This document shows positions 21,108 to 38,098 of a stretch of DNA of 64,000 bases, in pieces. The notes beneath the pieces are model-generated. The model worked only from the letters and a program-made list of their open reading frames with translations. It was not told where the DNA came from and ran no database searches. The stretch is taken from NCBI RefSeq assembly GCF_009914755.1, contig NC_060948.1, one strand, 5' to 3'. This DNA comes from the human T2T-CHM13v2.0 reference genome, Homo sapiens. The translations under genes and the position numbers were made by a program. Each line of letters begins with the position of its first letter. Within the stretch, counting starts at the first letter, position 1.

Positions 21108-23236
21108 AGATCCATATTTTTTAAATGAAAAAAAATTTCAAAGGTACTCTGCTTGGTACAATAATCAAATGTATAAACTGAGGAATAAAACATAACCATG
21201 AAACCTACTTATAACTGCATATGGAAAATACAGAGGATAATTTTTTAAATAACATATTTTGAAAGCCTTAACTAGTAATTTGAAGAGTTGGCATTTGAAA
21301 GGCCAGTATGAATATACCTTCAAAGCAGCAACACAGGTTCCCCATGAGAAAAAGCAAACACAGGGAAAATAAAAACACAAAGGTTCAATCTCTTCTGACC
21401 TTTGAAAGACACAGCACAGACAGTGGTCCTTAGGACGAAGAGCAGGAGACCCCTAATTCCGTCACCATGGCGATAGGGCATAAACATTGCTGGGTGAGGG
21501 CACAATCCACATTGTGAGGTCCAACTGCTGCCAGGAAGACAGGAGTGCTTTTACATAGACCGAAAGGTCATTGAAGGCTCAGAGTTTTGTTTCAAGAACT
21601 GAATCCCAAGCCCACACGTTATTAGGCTGCGCTTCTTAAAACAAGTTATGAGATGGGAAAAAGGGCACCCACAAACATACGTATACATTATGTATATAAT
21701 AATATACAGTATCATATATATAATATATATAACCTATGTATAATATTGTTTTACATCCTGCATCCTATGTTATATATATTGTATAAAATATAATAATTGA
21801 TAATATATAAGTTTTATAATTATACAATATGACATATAGTATATATTATAATTTATGACATATATAATATATGTTATATATCATATATAGAATATATTAT
21901 ACGGTTAATATACGTATTAAATATAAATTATACATTATATATATTATATATAATATATCTGTTATATTTAATACCCATTATGCATAATATATATATTATG
22001 TCTATGTTATATATAGTATAAAACAACATATAATAATATATAATTGTATATATAAAATGCGACATATAATATATATTATATTTTATAACATATGTAATAT
22101 ATATTATATATTATATATAATACGTTGTATGTATAATACCTATATTAAATATATATTATATGACTATGTTATTAATTACATGTCACATGTGTTATATATT
22201 ATATATTTTACGTAGAATATACCGGTTACATACAATATATACTATGTTACCTATAATGTATAATTTATTACATGTAAAATAAAGAATGCAATATATTATG
22301 TATAATTTATAATATAAAATATGTGGAATGTGATATATGTAACATATAATATATGATATATGATATACAGTATATGATATATAACATACAATATATGATT
22401 CCTAATATATATGGTATAGAATATATATTTTATGATATGTATTCTATATGTTTTATATTCTGTTATATATAACTATTTGAAATTATATATAACTGTATAA
22501 TATTTTATGTAAATATGTAATATAATATATATAACTATATAATATATTATATATAACTATATATTATGTTATATATACTTTTATAACATAATTTACATAA
22601 AATATCATAATATAATATATATTATAATATTTCATATTACATAATATATATTACATATCACCCAATATAACTAACATACATAATATTATAATATAGATTA
22701 TATTATGTTATATTAAATATCATATATATCATGTATCATATATTCTATAATATATATTACACATTATATAATATGTATGTTGTCTATTATGTGATATATA
22801 TAACTATATATATAATTATATTTTTATACATATAACTAGATAAACATGTAATTCTACATATTTTCATTTATAATATGTAGAATTATATAATCATATATAA
22901 TTATTAATATTCTATAAAAATTTTATCATTATATAAATTATAATATATAAAAATTATAATATGTACTACAAATATATATATATTATATATCATATATGAT
23001 ATAGTACCTTTGTTATATATCATAATACATATAAATGTGTATTATGTTATCTATAATTATATAATTTCATATATAAGATGTATAATATGTATCATATATT
23101 ATATATGTTATGTAATATATATAGTATATATAAGATGACACAGGATAAATATTATATACTATGACATATAAAATATATGAGGTTATATGTTACATATAAG
23201 GCATAGCACATAACATGTAATATATATCATGTATAA

Positions 23237-23528
23237 TTTTTTTTTAGACAGAATCTTGTCCTGTTGCACAGGGTGGGGTACAATGGCGCCATCTTTCCTC
23301 ACTGCAACTTCTGCCTCACGGGTCCAAGCGATTGTCCTCCCTCAGCCTAACAGGTAGCTGGGACTACACCACACTGGGACTACACCAGCTGCCACCATGC
23401 CTAGCTAATTTTTTGGATTTTTAGTAGTGACAGCGTTTCACTGTATTGGCCAGGATGGTCTTGATCTCTTCACCTTGTGATCCCCTTGCCTTGGCCTCCA
23501 AATTTGCTGGGATTACAGGCCTGAGCCA
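23237..23528 (-). mobile_element. Alu copy, U10
   Basis: Homologous to U1 Alu. Confidence 0.95.
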
Positions 23529-25658
23529 AGATCCATATTTTTTAAATGAAAAAAAATTTCAAAGGTACTCTGCTTGGTACAATAATCAAATGTATAAACT
23601 GAGGAATAAAACATAACCATGAAACCTACTTATAACTGCATATGGAAAATACAGAGGATAATTTTTTAAATAACATATTTTGAAAGCCTTAACTAGTAAT
23701 TTGAAGAGTTGGCATTTGAAAGGCCAGTATGAATATACCTTCAAAGCAGCAACACAGGTTCCCCATGAGAAAAAGCAAACACAGGGAAAATAAAAACACA
23801 AAGGTTCAATCTCTTCTGACCTTTGAAAGACACAGCACAGACAGTGGTCCTTAGGACGAAGAGCAGGAGACCCCTAATTCCGTCACCATGGCGATAGGGC
23901 ATAAACATTGCTGGGTGAGGGCACAATCCACATTGTGAGGTCCAACTGCTGCCAGGAAGACAGGAGTGCTTTTACATAGACCGAAAGGTCATTGAAGGCT
24001 CAGAGTTTTGTTTCAAGAACTGAATCCCAAGCCCACACGTTATTAGGCTGCGCTTCTTAAAACAAGTTATGAGATGGGAAAAAGGGCACCCACAAACATA
24101 CGTATACATTATGTATATAATAATATACAGTATCATATATATAATATATATAACCTATGTATAATATTGTTTTACATCCTGCATCCTATGTTATATATAT
24201 TGTATAAAATATAATAATTGATAATATATAAGTTTTATAATTATACAATATGACATATAGTATATATTATAATTTATGACATATATAATATATGTTATAT
24301 ATCATATATAGAATATATTATACGGTTAATATACGTATTAAATATAAATTATACATTATATATATTATATATAATATATCTGTTATATTTAATAACCATT
24401 ATGCATAATATATATATTATGTCTATGTTATATATAGTATAAAACAACATATAATAATATATAATTGTATATATAAAATGCGACATATAATATATATTAT
24501 ATTTTATAACATATGTAATATATATTATATATTATATATAATACGTTGTATGTATAATACCTATATTAAATATATATTATATGACTATGTTATTAATTAC
24601 ATGTCACATGTGTTATATATTATATATTTTACGTAGAATATACCGGTTACATACAATATATACTATGTTACCTATAATGTATAATTTATTACATGTAAAA
24701 TAAAGAATGCAATATATTATGTATAATTTATAATATAAAATATGTGGAATGTGATATATGTAACATATAATATATGATATATGATATACAGTATATGATA
24801 TATAACATACAATATATGATTCCTAATATATATGGTATAGAATATATATTTTATGATATGTATTCTATATGTTTTATATTCTGTTATATATAACTATTTG
24901 AAATTATATATAACTGTATAATATTTTATGTAAATATGTAATATAATATATATAACTATATAATATATTATATATAACTATATATTATGTTATATATACT
25001 TTTATAACATAATTTACATAAAATATCATAATATAATATATATTATAATATTTCATATTACATAATATATATTACATATCACCCAATATAACTAACATAC
25101 ATAATATTATAATATAGATTATATTATGTTATATTAAATATCATATATATCATGTATCATATATTCTATAATATATATTACACATTATATAATATGTATG
25201 TTGTCTATTATGTGATATATATAACTATATATATAATTATATTTTTATACATATAACTAGATAAACATGTAATTCTACATATTTTCATTTATAATATGTA
25301 GAATTATATAATCATATATAATTATTAATATTCTATAAATAATTTTATCATTATATAAATTATAAGATATAAAAATTATAATATGTACTACAAATATATA
25401 TATATTATATATCATATATGATATAGTACCTTTGTTATATATCATAATACATATAAATGTGTATTATGTTATCTATAATTATATAATTTCATATATAAGA
25501 TGTATAATATGTATCATATATTATATATGTTATGTAATATATATAGTATATATAAGATGACACAGGATAAATATTATATACTATGACATATAAAATATAT
25601 GAGGTTATATGTTACATATAAGGCATAGCACATAACATGTAATATATATCATGTATAA

Positions 25659-25950
25659 TTTTTTTTTAGACAGAATCTTGTCCTGTTGCACAGGGTGGGG
25701 TACAATGGCGCCATCTTTCCTCACTGCAACTTCTGCCTCACGGGTCCAAGCGATTGTCCTCCCTCAGCCTCCCAGGTAGCTGGGACTACACCACACTGGG
25801 ACTACACCAGCTGCCACCATGCCTAGCTAATTTTTTGGATTTTTAGTAGTGACAGCGTTTCACTGTATTGGCCAGGATGGTCTTGATCTCTTCACCTTGT
25901 GATCCCCTTGCCTTGGCCTCCAAATTTGCTGGGATTACAGGCCTGAGCCA
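25659..25950 (-). mobile_element. Alu copy, U11
   Basis: Homologous to U1 Alu. Confidence 0.95.
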
Positions 25951-28057
25951 AGATCCATATTTTTTAAATGAAAAAAAATTTCAAAGGTACTCTGCTTGGT
26001 ACAATAATCAAATGTATAAACTGAGGAATAAAACATAACCATGAAACCTACTTATAACTGCATATGGAAAATACAGAGGATAATTTTTTAAATAACATAT
26101 TTTGAAAGCCTTAACTAGTAATTTGAAGAGTTGGCATTTGAAAGGCCAGTATGAATATACCTTCAAAGCAGCAACACAGGTTCCCCATGAGAAAAAGCAA
26201 ACACAGGGAAAATAAAAACACAAAGGTTCAATCTCTTCTGAGCTTTGAAAGACACAGCACAGACAGTGGTCCTTAGGACGAAGAGCAGGAGACCCCTAAT
26301 TCCGTCACCATGGCGATAGGGCATAAACATTGCTGGGTGAGGGCACAATCCACATTGTGAGGTCCAACTGCTGCCAGGAAGACAGGAGTGCTTTTACATA
26401 GACCGAAAGGTCATTGAAGGCTCAGAGTTTTGTTTCAAGAACTGAATCCCAAGCCCACACGTTATTAGGCTGCGCTTCTTAAAACAAGTTATGAGATGGG
26501 AAAAAGGGCACCCACAAACATACGTATACATTATGTATATAATAATATACAGTATCATATATATAATATATATAACCTATGTATAATATTGTTTTACATC
26601 CTGCATCCTATGTTATATATATTGTATAAAATATAATAATTGATAATATATAAGTTTTATGATTATACAATATGACATATAGTATATATTATAATTTATG
26701 ACATATATAATATATGTTATATATCATATATAGAATATATTATACGGTTAATATACGTATTAAATATAAATTATACATTATATATATTATATATAATATA
26801 TCTGTTATATTTAATACCCATTATGCATAATATATATATTATGTCTATGTTATATATAGTATAAAACAACATATAATAATATATAATTGTATATATAAAA
26901 TGCGACATATAATATATATTATATTTTATAACATATGTAATATATATTATATATTATATATAATACGTTGTATGTATAATACCTATATTAAATATATATT
27001 ATATGACTATGTTATTAATTACATGTCACATGTGTTATATATTATATATTTTACGTAGAATATACCGGTTACATACAATATATACTATGTTACCTATAAT
27101 GTATAATTTATTACATGTAAAATAAAGAATGCAATATATTATGAATAATTTATAATATAAAATATGTGGAATGTGATATATGTAACATATAATATATGAT
27201 ATATGATATACAGTATATGATATATAACATACAATATATGATTCCTAATATATATGGTATAGAATATATATTTTATGATATGTATTCTATATGTTTTATA
27301 TTCTGTTATATATAACTATTTGAAATTATATATAACTGTATAATATTTTATGTAAATATGTAATATAATATATATAACTATATAATATATTATATATAAC
27401 TATATATTATGTTATATATACTTTTATAACATAATTTACATAAAATATCATAATATAATATATATTATAATATTTCATATTACATAATATATATTACATA
27501 TCACCCAATATAACTAACATACATAATATTATAATATAGATTATATTATGTTATATTAAATATCATATATATCATGTATCATATATTCTATAATATATAT
27601 TACACATTATATAATATGTATGTTGTCTATTATGTGATATATATAACTATATATATAATTATATTTTTATACATATAACTAGATAAACATGTAATTCTAC
27701 ATATTTTCATTTATAATATGTAGAATTATATAATCATATATAATTATTAATATTCTATAAAAAATTTTATCATTATATAAATTATAAGATATAAAAATTA
27801 TAATATGTACTACAAATATATATATATTATATATCATATATGATATAGTACCTTTGTTATATATCATAATACATATAAATGTGTATTATGTTATCTATAA
27901 TTATATAATTTCATATATAAGATGTATAATATGTATCATATATTATATATGTTATGTAATATATATAGTATATATAAGATGACACAGGATAAATATTATA
28001 TACTATGACATATAAAATATATGAGGTTATATGTTACATATAAGGCATAGCACATAA

Positions 28058-28372
<315 letters not shown>

Positions 28373-29340
28373 AGATCCATATTTTTTAAATGAAAAAAAA
28401 TTTCAAAGGTACTCTGCTTGGTACAATAATCAAATGTATAAACTGAGGAATAAAACATAACCATGAAACCTACTTATAACTGCATATGGAAAATACAGAG
28501 GATAATTTTTTAAATAACATATTTTGAAAGCCTTAACTAGTAATTTGAAGAGTTGGCATTTGAAAGGCCAGTATGAATATACCTTCAAAGCAGCAACACA
28601 GGTTCCCCATGAGAAAAAGCAAACACAGGGAAAATAAAAACACAAAGGTTCAATCTCTTCTGACCTTTGAAAGACACAGCACAGACAGTGGTCCTTAGGA
28701 CGAAGAGCAGGAGACCCCTAATTCCGTCACCATGGCGATAGGGCATAAACATTGCTGGGTGAGGGCACAATCCACATTGTGAGGTCCAACTGCTGCCAGG
28801 AAGACAGGAGTGCTTTTACATAGACCGAAAGGTCATTGAAGGCTCAGAGTTTTGTTTCAAGAACTGAATCCCAAGCCCACACGTTATTAGGCTGCGCTTC
28901 TTAAAACAAGTTATGAGATGGGAAAAAGGGCACCCACAAACATACGTATACATTATGTATATAATAATATACAGTATCATATATATAATATATATAACCT
29001 ATGTATAATATTGTTTTACATCCTGCATCCTATGTTATATATATTGTATAAAATATAATAATTGATAATATATAAGTTTTATGATTATACAATATGACAT
29101 ATAGTATATATTATAATTTATGACATATATAATATATGTTATATATCATATATAGAATATATTATACGGTTAATATACGTATTAAATATAAATTATACAT
29201 TATATATATTATATATAATATATCTGTTATATATAATACCCATTATGCATAATATATATATTATGTCTATGTTATATATAGTATAAAACAACATATAATA
29301 ATATATAATTGTATATATAAAATGCGACATATAATATATA

Positions 29341-29396
29341 TTATATTTTATAACATATGTAATATATATTATATTTTATAACATATGTAATATATA
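29341..29396. repeat. 28-bp tandem duplication in the U13 AT block
   Basis: TTATATTTTATAACATATGTAATATATA x2; explains the 2444-bp unit (2416+28). Confidence 0.9.
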
Positions 29397-30524
29397 TTAT
29401 ATATTATATATAATACGTTGTATGTATAATACCTATATTAAATATATATAATATGACTATGTTATTAATTACATGTCACATGTGTTATATATTATATATT
29501 TTACATAGAATATACCGGTTACATACAATATATACTATGTTACCTATAATGTCTAATTTATTACATGTAAAATAAAGAATGCAATATATTATGTAAAATT
29601 TATAATATACAATATGTGGAATGTGATATATATAACATATAATATATGATATATGATATACGGTATATGATATATAACATACAATATATGATTCCTAATA
29701 TATATGGTATACAATATATATTTTATGATATGTATTCTATATGTTTTATATTCTGTTATATATAACTATTTGAAATTATATATAACTGTATAATATTTTA
29801 TGTAAATATGAAATATAATATATATAACTATATACTATATTATATATAACTATATATTATGTTATATATACTTTTATAACATAATTTACATAAAATATCA
29901 TAATATAATATATATTATATTATTTCATATTACATAATATATATTACATATCACCCAATATAACTAACATACATAATATTATAATATAGATTATATTATG
30001 TTATATTAAATATCATATATATCATGTATCATATATTCTATAATATATATTACACATTATATAATATGTATGTTGTCTATTATGTGATATATATAAATAT
30101 ATATAATTATATTTTTATACATATAACTAGATAAACATGTAATTCTACATATTTTCATTTATAATATGTAGAATTATATAATCGTATAATTATTTATATT
30201 CTATAAAAAATTTTATCATTATATAAATTATAATATATAAAAATTATAATATGTACTACAAATATATATATTATATATCATATATGATATAGTACCTTTG
30301 TTATATATCATAATACATATAAATGTGTATTATGTTATCTATAATTATATAATTTCATATATAAGATGTATAATATGTATCATATATTATAGATGTTATG
30401 TAATATATATAGTATATATAAGATGTCACAGGATAAATATTATGTACTATGACATATAAAATATATGAGGTTATATGTTACATATAAGGCATAGCACATA
30501 ACATGTAATATATATCATATATAA

Positions 30525-30816
30525 TTTTTTTTTAGACAGAATCTTGTCCTGTTGCACAGGGTGGGGTACAATGGCGCCATCTTTGCTCACTGCAACTTCT
30601 GCCTCACTGGTCCAAGCGATTGTCCTCCCTCAGCCTCCCAGGTAGCTGGGACTACACCACACTGGGACTACACCAGCTGCCACCATGCCTAGCTAATTTT
30701 TTGGATTTTTAGTAGTGACAGCGTTTCACTGTATTGGCCAGGATGGTCTTGATCTCTTCACCTTGTGATCCCCTTGCCTTGGCCTCCAAATTTGCTGGGA
30801 TTACAGGCCTGAGCCA
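30525..30816 (-). mobile_element. Alu copy, U13
   Basis: Homologous to U1 Alu; CCTCACTGG variant. Confidence 0.95.
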
Positions 30817-32923
30817 AGATCCATATTTTTTAAATGAAAAAAAATTTCAAAGGTACTCTGCTTGGTACAATAATCAAATGTATAAACTGAGGAATAAAAC
30901 ATAACCATGAAACCTACTTATAACTGCATATGGAAAATACAGAGGATAATTTTTTAAATAACATATTTTGAAAGCCTTAACTAGTAATTTGAAGAGTTGG
31001 CATTTGAAAGGCCAGTATGAATATACCTTCAAAGCAGCAACACAGGTTCCCCATGAGAAAAAGCAAACACAGGGAAAATAAAAACACAAAGGTTCAATCT
31101 CTTCTGACCTTTGAAAGACACAGCACAGACAGTGGTCCTTAGGACGAAGAGCAGGAGACCCCTAATTCCGTCACCATGGCGATAGGGCATAAACATTGCT
31201 GGGTGAGGGCACAATCCACATTGTGAGGTCCAACTGCTGCCAGGAAGACAGGAGTGCTTTTACATAGACCGAAAGGTCATTGAAGGCTCAGAGTTTTGTT
31301 TCAAGAACTGAATCCCAAGCCCACACGTTATTAGGCTGCGCTTCTTAAAACAAGTTATGAGATGGGAAAAAGGGCACCCACAAACATACGTATACATTAT
31401 GTATATAATAATATACAGTATCATATATATAATATATATAACCTATGTATAATATTGTTTTACATCCTGCATCCTATGTTATATATATTGTATAAAATAT
31501 AATAATTGATAATATATAAGTTTTATGATTATACAATATGACATATAGTATATATTATAATTTATGACATATATAATATATGTTATATATCATATATAGA
31601 ATATATTATACGGTTAATATACGTATTAAATATAAATTATACATTATATATATTATATATAATATATCTGTTATATATAATACCCATTATGCATAATATA
31701 TATATTATGTCTATGTTATATATAGTATAAAACAACATATAATAATATATAATTGTATATATAAAATGCGACATATAATATATATTATATTTTATAACAT
31801 ATGTAATATATATTATATATTATATATAATACGTTGTATGTATAATACCTATATTAAATATATATAATATGACTATGTTATTAATTACATGTCACATGTG
31901 TTATATATTATATATTTTACATAGAATATACCGGTTACATACAATATATACTATGTTACCTATAATGTCTAATTTATTACATGTAAAATAAAGAATGCAA
32001 TATATTATGTAAAATTTATAATATACAATATGTGGAATGTGATATATATAACATATAATATATGATATATGATATACGGTATATGATATATAACATACAA
32101 TATATGATTCCTAATATATATGGTATACAATATATATTTTATGATATGTATTCTATATGTTTTATATTCTGTTATATATAACTATTTGAAATTATATATA
32201 ACTGTATAATATTTTATGTAAATATGTAATATAATATATATAACTATATAATATATTATATATAACTATATATTATGTTATATATACTTTTATAACATAA
32301 TTTACATAAAATATCATAATATAATATATATTATAATATTTCATATTACATAATATATATTACATATCACCCAATATAACTAACATACATAATATTATAA
32401 TATAGATTATATTATGTTATATTAAATATCATATATATCATGTATCATATATTCTATAATATATATTACACATTATATAATATGTATGTTGTCTATTATG
32501 TGATATATATAACTATATATATAATTATATTTTTATACATATAACTAGATAAACATGTAATTCTACATATTTTCATTTATAATATGTAGAATTATATAAT
32601 CATATATAATTATTAATATTCTATAAAAAATTTTATCATTATATAAATTATAAGATATAAAAATTATAATATGTACTACAAATATATATATATTATATAT
32701 CATATATGATATAGTACCTTTGTTATATATCATAATACATATAAATGTGTATTATGTTATCTATAATTATATAATTTCATATATAAGATGTATAATATGT
32801 ATCATATATTATATATGTTATGTAATATATATAGTATATATAAGATGACACAGGATAAATATTATATACTATGACATATAAAATATATGAGGTTATATGT
32901 TACATATAAGGCATAGCACATAA

Positions 32924-33238
<315 letters not shown>

Positions 33239-34206
33239 AGATCCATATTTTTTAAATGAAAAAAAATTTCAAAGGTACTCTGCTTGGTACAATAATCAAA
33301 TGTATAAACTGAGGAATAAAACATAACCATGAAACCTACTTATAACTGCATATGGAAAATACAGAGGATAATTTTTTAAATAACATATTTTGAAAGCCTT
33401 AACTAGTAATTTGAAGAGTTGGCATTTGAAAGGCCAGTATGAATATACCTTCAAAGCAGCAACACAGGTTCCCCATGAGAAAAAGCAAACACAGGGAAAA
33501 TAAAAACACAAAGGTTCAATCTCTTCTGACCTTTGAAAGACACAGCACAGACAGTGGTCCTTAGGACGAAGAGCAGGAGACCCCTAATTCCGTCACCATG
33601 GCGATAGGGCATAAACATTGCTGGGTGAGGGCACAATCCACATTGTGAGGTCCAACTGCTGCCAGGAAGACAGGAGTGCTTTTACATAGACCGAAAGGTC
33701 ATTGAAGGCTCAGAGTTTTGTTTCAAGAACTGAATCCCAAGCCCACACGTTATTAGGCTGCGCTTCTTAAAACAAGTTATGAGATGGGAAAAAGGGCACC
33801 CACAAACATACGTATACATTATGTATATAATAATATACAGTATCATATATATAATATATATAACCTATGTATAATATTGTTTTACATCCTGCATCCTATG
33901 TTATATATATTGTATAAAATATAATAATTGATAATATATAAGTTTTATGATTATACAATATGACATATAGTATATATTATAATTTATGACATATATAATA
34001 TATGTTATATATCATATATAGAATATATTATACGGTTAATATACGTATTAAATATAAATTATACATTATATATATTATATATAATATATCTGTTATATAT
34101 AATACCCATTATGCATAATATATATATTATGTCTATGTTATATATAGTATAAAACAACATATAATAATATATAATTGTATATATAAAATGCGACATATAA
34201 TATATA

Positions 34207-34262
34207 TTATATTTTATAACATATGTAATATATATTATATTTTATAACATATGTAATATATA
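34207..34262. repeat. 28-bp tandem duplication in the U15 AT block
   Basis: Same duplication as in U13, exactly 4866 bp downstream. Confidence 0.9.
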
Positions 34263-35390
34263 TTATATATTATATATAATACGTTGTATGTATAATACCT
34301 ATATTAAATATATATAATATGACTATGTTATTAATTACATGTCACATGTGTTATATATTATATATTTTACATAGAATATACCGGTTACATACAATATATA
34401 CTATGTTACCTATAATGTCTAATTTATTACATGTAAAATAAAGAATGCAATATATTATGTAAAATTTATAATATACAATATGTGGAATGTGATATATATA
34501 ACATATAATATATGATATATGATATACGGTATATGATATATAACATACAATATATGATTCCTAATATATATGGTATACAATATATATTTTATGATATGTA
34601 TTCTATATGTTTTATATTCTGTTATATATAACTATTTGAAATTATATATAACTGTATAATATTTTATGTAAATATGAAATATAATATATATAACTATATA
34701 CTATATTATATATAACTATATATTATGTTATATATACTTTTATAACATAATTTACATAAAATATCATAATATAATATATATTATATTATTTCATATTACA
34801 TAATATATATTACATATCACCCAATATAACTAACATACATAATATTATAATATAGATTATATTATGTTATATTAAATATCATATATATCATGTATCATAT
34901 ATTCTATAATATATATTACACATTATATAATATGTATGTTGTCTATTATGTGATATATATAAATATATATAATTATATTTTTATACATATAACTAGATAA
35001 ACATGTAATTCTACATATTTTCATTTATAATATGTAGAATTATATAATCGTATAATTATTTATATTCTATAAAAAATTTTATCATTATATAAATTATAAT
35101 ATATAAAAATTATAATATGTACTACAAATATATATATTATATATCATATATGATATAGTACCTTTGTTATATATCATAATACATATAAATGTGTATTATG
35201 TTATCTATAATTATATAATTTCATATATAAGATGTATAATATGTATCATATATTATAGATGTTATGTAATATATATAGTATATATAAGATGTCACAGGAT
35301 AAATATTATGTACTATGACATATAAAATATATGAGGTTATATGTTACATATAAGGCATAGCACATAACATGTAATATATATCATATATAA

Positions 35391-35682
35391 TTTTTTTTTA
35401 GACAGAATCTTGTCCTGTTGCACAGGGTGGGGTACAATGGCGCCATCTTTGCTCACTGCAACTTCTGCCTCACTGGTCCAAGCGATTGTCCTCCCTCAGC
35501 CTCCCAGGTAGCTGGGACTACACCACACTGGGACTACACCAGCTGCCACCATGCCTAGCTAATTTTTTGGATTTTTAGTAGTGACAGCGTTTCACTGTAT
35601 TGGCCAGGATGGTCTTGATCTCTTCACCTTGTGATCCCCTTGCCTTGGCCTCCAAATTTGCTGGGATTACAGGCCTGAGCCA
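35391..35682 (-). mobile_element. Alu copy, U15
   Basis: Homologous to U1 Alu; CCTCACTGG variant shared with U13. Confidence 0.95.
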
Positions 35683-37783
35683 AGATCCATATTTTTTAAA
35701 TGAAAAAAAATTTCAAAGGTACTCTGCTTGGTACAATAATCAAATGTATAAACTGAGGAATAAAACATAACCATGAAACCTACTTATAACTGCATATGGA
35801 AAATACAGAGGATAATTTTTTAAATAACATATTTTGAAAGCCTTAACTAGTAATTTGAAGAGTTGGCATTTGAAAGGCCAGTATGAATATACCTTCAAAG
35901 CAGCAACACAGGTTCCCCATGAGAAAAAGCAAACACAGGGAAAATAAAAACACAAAGGTTCAATCTCTTCTGACCTTTGAAAGACACAGCACAGACAGTG
36001 GTCCTTAGGACGAAGAGCAGGAGACCCCTAATTCCGTCACCATGGCGATAGGGCATAAACATTGCTGGGTGAGGGCACAATCCACATTGTGAGGTCCAAC
36101 TGCTGCCAGGAAGACAGGAGTGCTTTTACATAGACCGAAAGGTCATTGAAGGCTCAGAGTTTTGTTTCAAGAACTGAATCCCAAGCCCACACGTTATTAG
36201 GCTGCGCTTCTTAAAACAAGTTATGAGATGGGAAAAAGGGCACCCACAAACATACGTATACATTATGTATATAATAATATACAGTATCATATATATAATA
36301 TATATAACCTATGTATAATATTGTTTTACATCCTGCATCCTATGTTATATATATTGTATAAAATATAATAATTGATAATATATAAGTTTTATGATTATAC
36401 AATATGACATATAGTATATATTATAATTTATGACATATATAATATATGTTATATATCATATATAGAATATATTATACGGTTAATATACGTATTAAATATA
36501 AATTATACATTATATATATTATATATAATATATCTGTTATATATAATACCCATTATGCATAATATATATATTATGTCTATGTTATATATAGTATAAAACA
36601 ACATATAATAATATATAATTGTATATATAAAATGCGACATATAATATATATTATATTTTATAACATATGTAATATATATTATATATTATATATAATACGT
36701 TGTATGTATAATACCTATATTAAATATATATAATATGACTATGTTATTAATTACATGTCACATGTGTTATATATTATATATTTTACATAGAATATACCGG
36801 TTACATACAATATATACTATGTTACCTATAATGTCTAATTTATTACATGTAAAATAAAGAATGCAATATATTATGTAAAATTTATAATATACAATATGTG
36901 GAATGTGATATATATAACATATAATATATGATATATGATATACGGTATATGATATATAACATACAATATATGATTCCTAATATATATGGTATACAATATA
37001 TATTTTATGATATGTATTCTATATGTTTTATATTCTGTTATATATAACTATTTGAAATTATATATAACTGTATAATATTTTATGTAAATATGAAATATAA
37101 TATATATAACTATATACTATATTATATATAACTATATATTATGTTATATATACTTTTATAACATAATTTACATAAAATATCATAATATAATATATATTAT
37201 ATTATTTCATATTACATAATATATATTACATATCACCCAATATAACTAACATACATAATATTATAATATAGATTATATTATGTTATATTAAATATCATAT
37301 ATATCATGTATCATATATTCTATAATATATATTACACATTATATAATATGTATGTTGTCTATTATGTGATATATATAAATATATATAATTATATTTTTAT
37401 ACATATAACTAGATAAACATGTAATTCTACATATTTTCATTTATAATATGTAGAATTATATAATCGTATAATTATTTATATTCTATAAAAAATTTTATCA
37501 TTATATAAATTATAATATATAAAAATTATAATATGTACTACAAATATATATATTATATATCATATATGATATAGTACCTTTGTTATATATCATAATACAT
37601 ATAAATGTGTATTATGTTATCTATAATTATATAATTTCATATATAAGATGTATAATATGTATCATATATTATAGATGTTATGTAATATATATAGTATATA
37701 TAAGATGTCACAGGATAAATATTATGTACTATGACATATAAAATATATGAGGTTATATGTTACATATAAGGCATAGCACATAA

Positions 37784-38098
<315 letters not shown>

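Noticed and set aside
23349-23350. CC>AA tandem substitution in the U10 Alu
   Set aside because: Single private event that could be a sequencing error; no pattern
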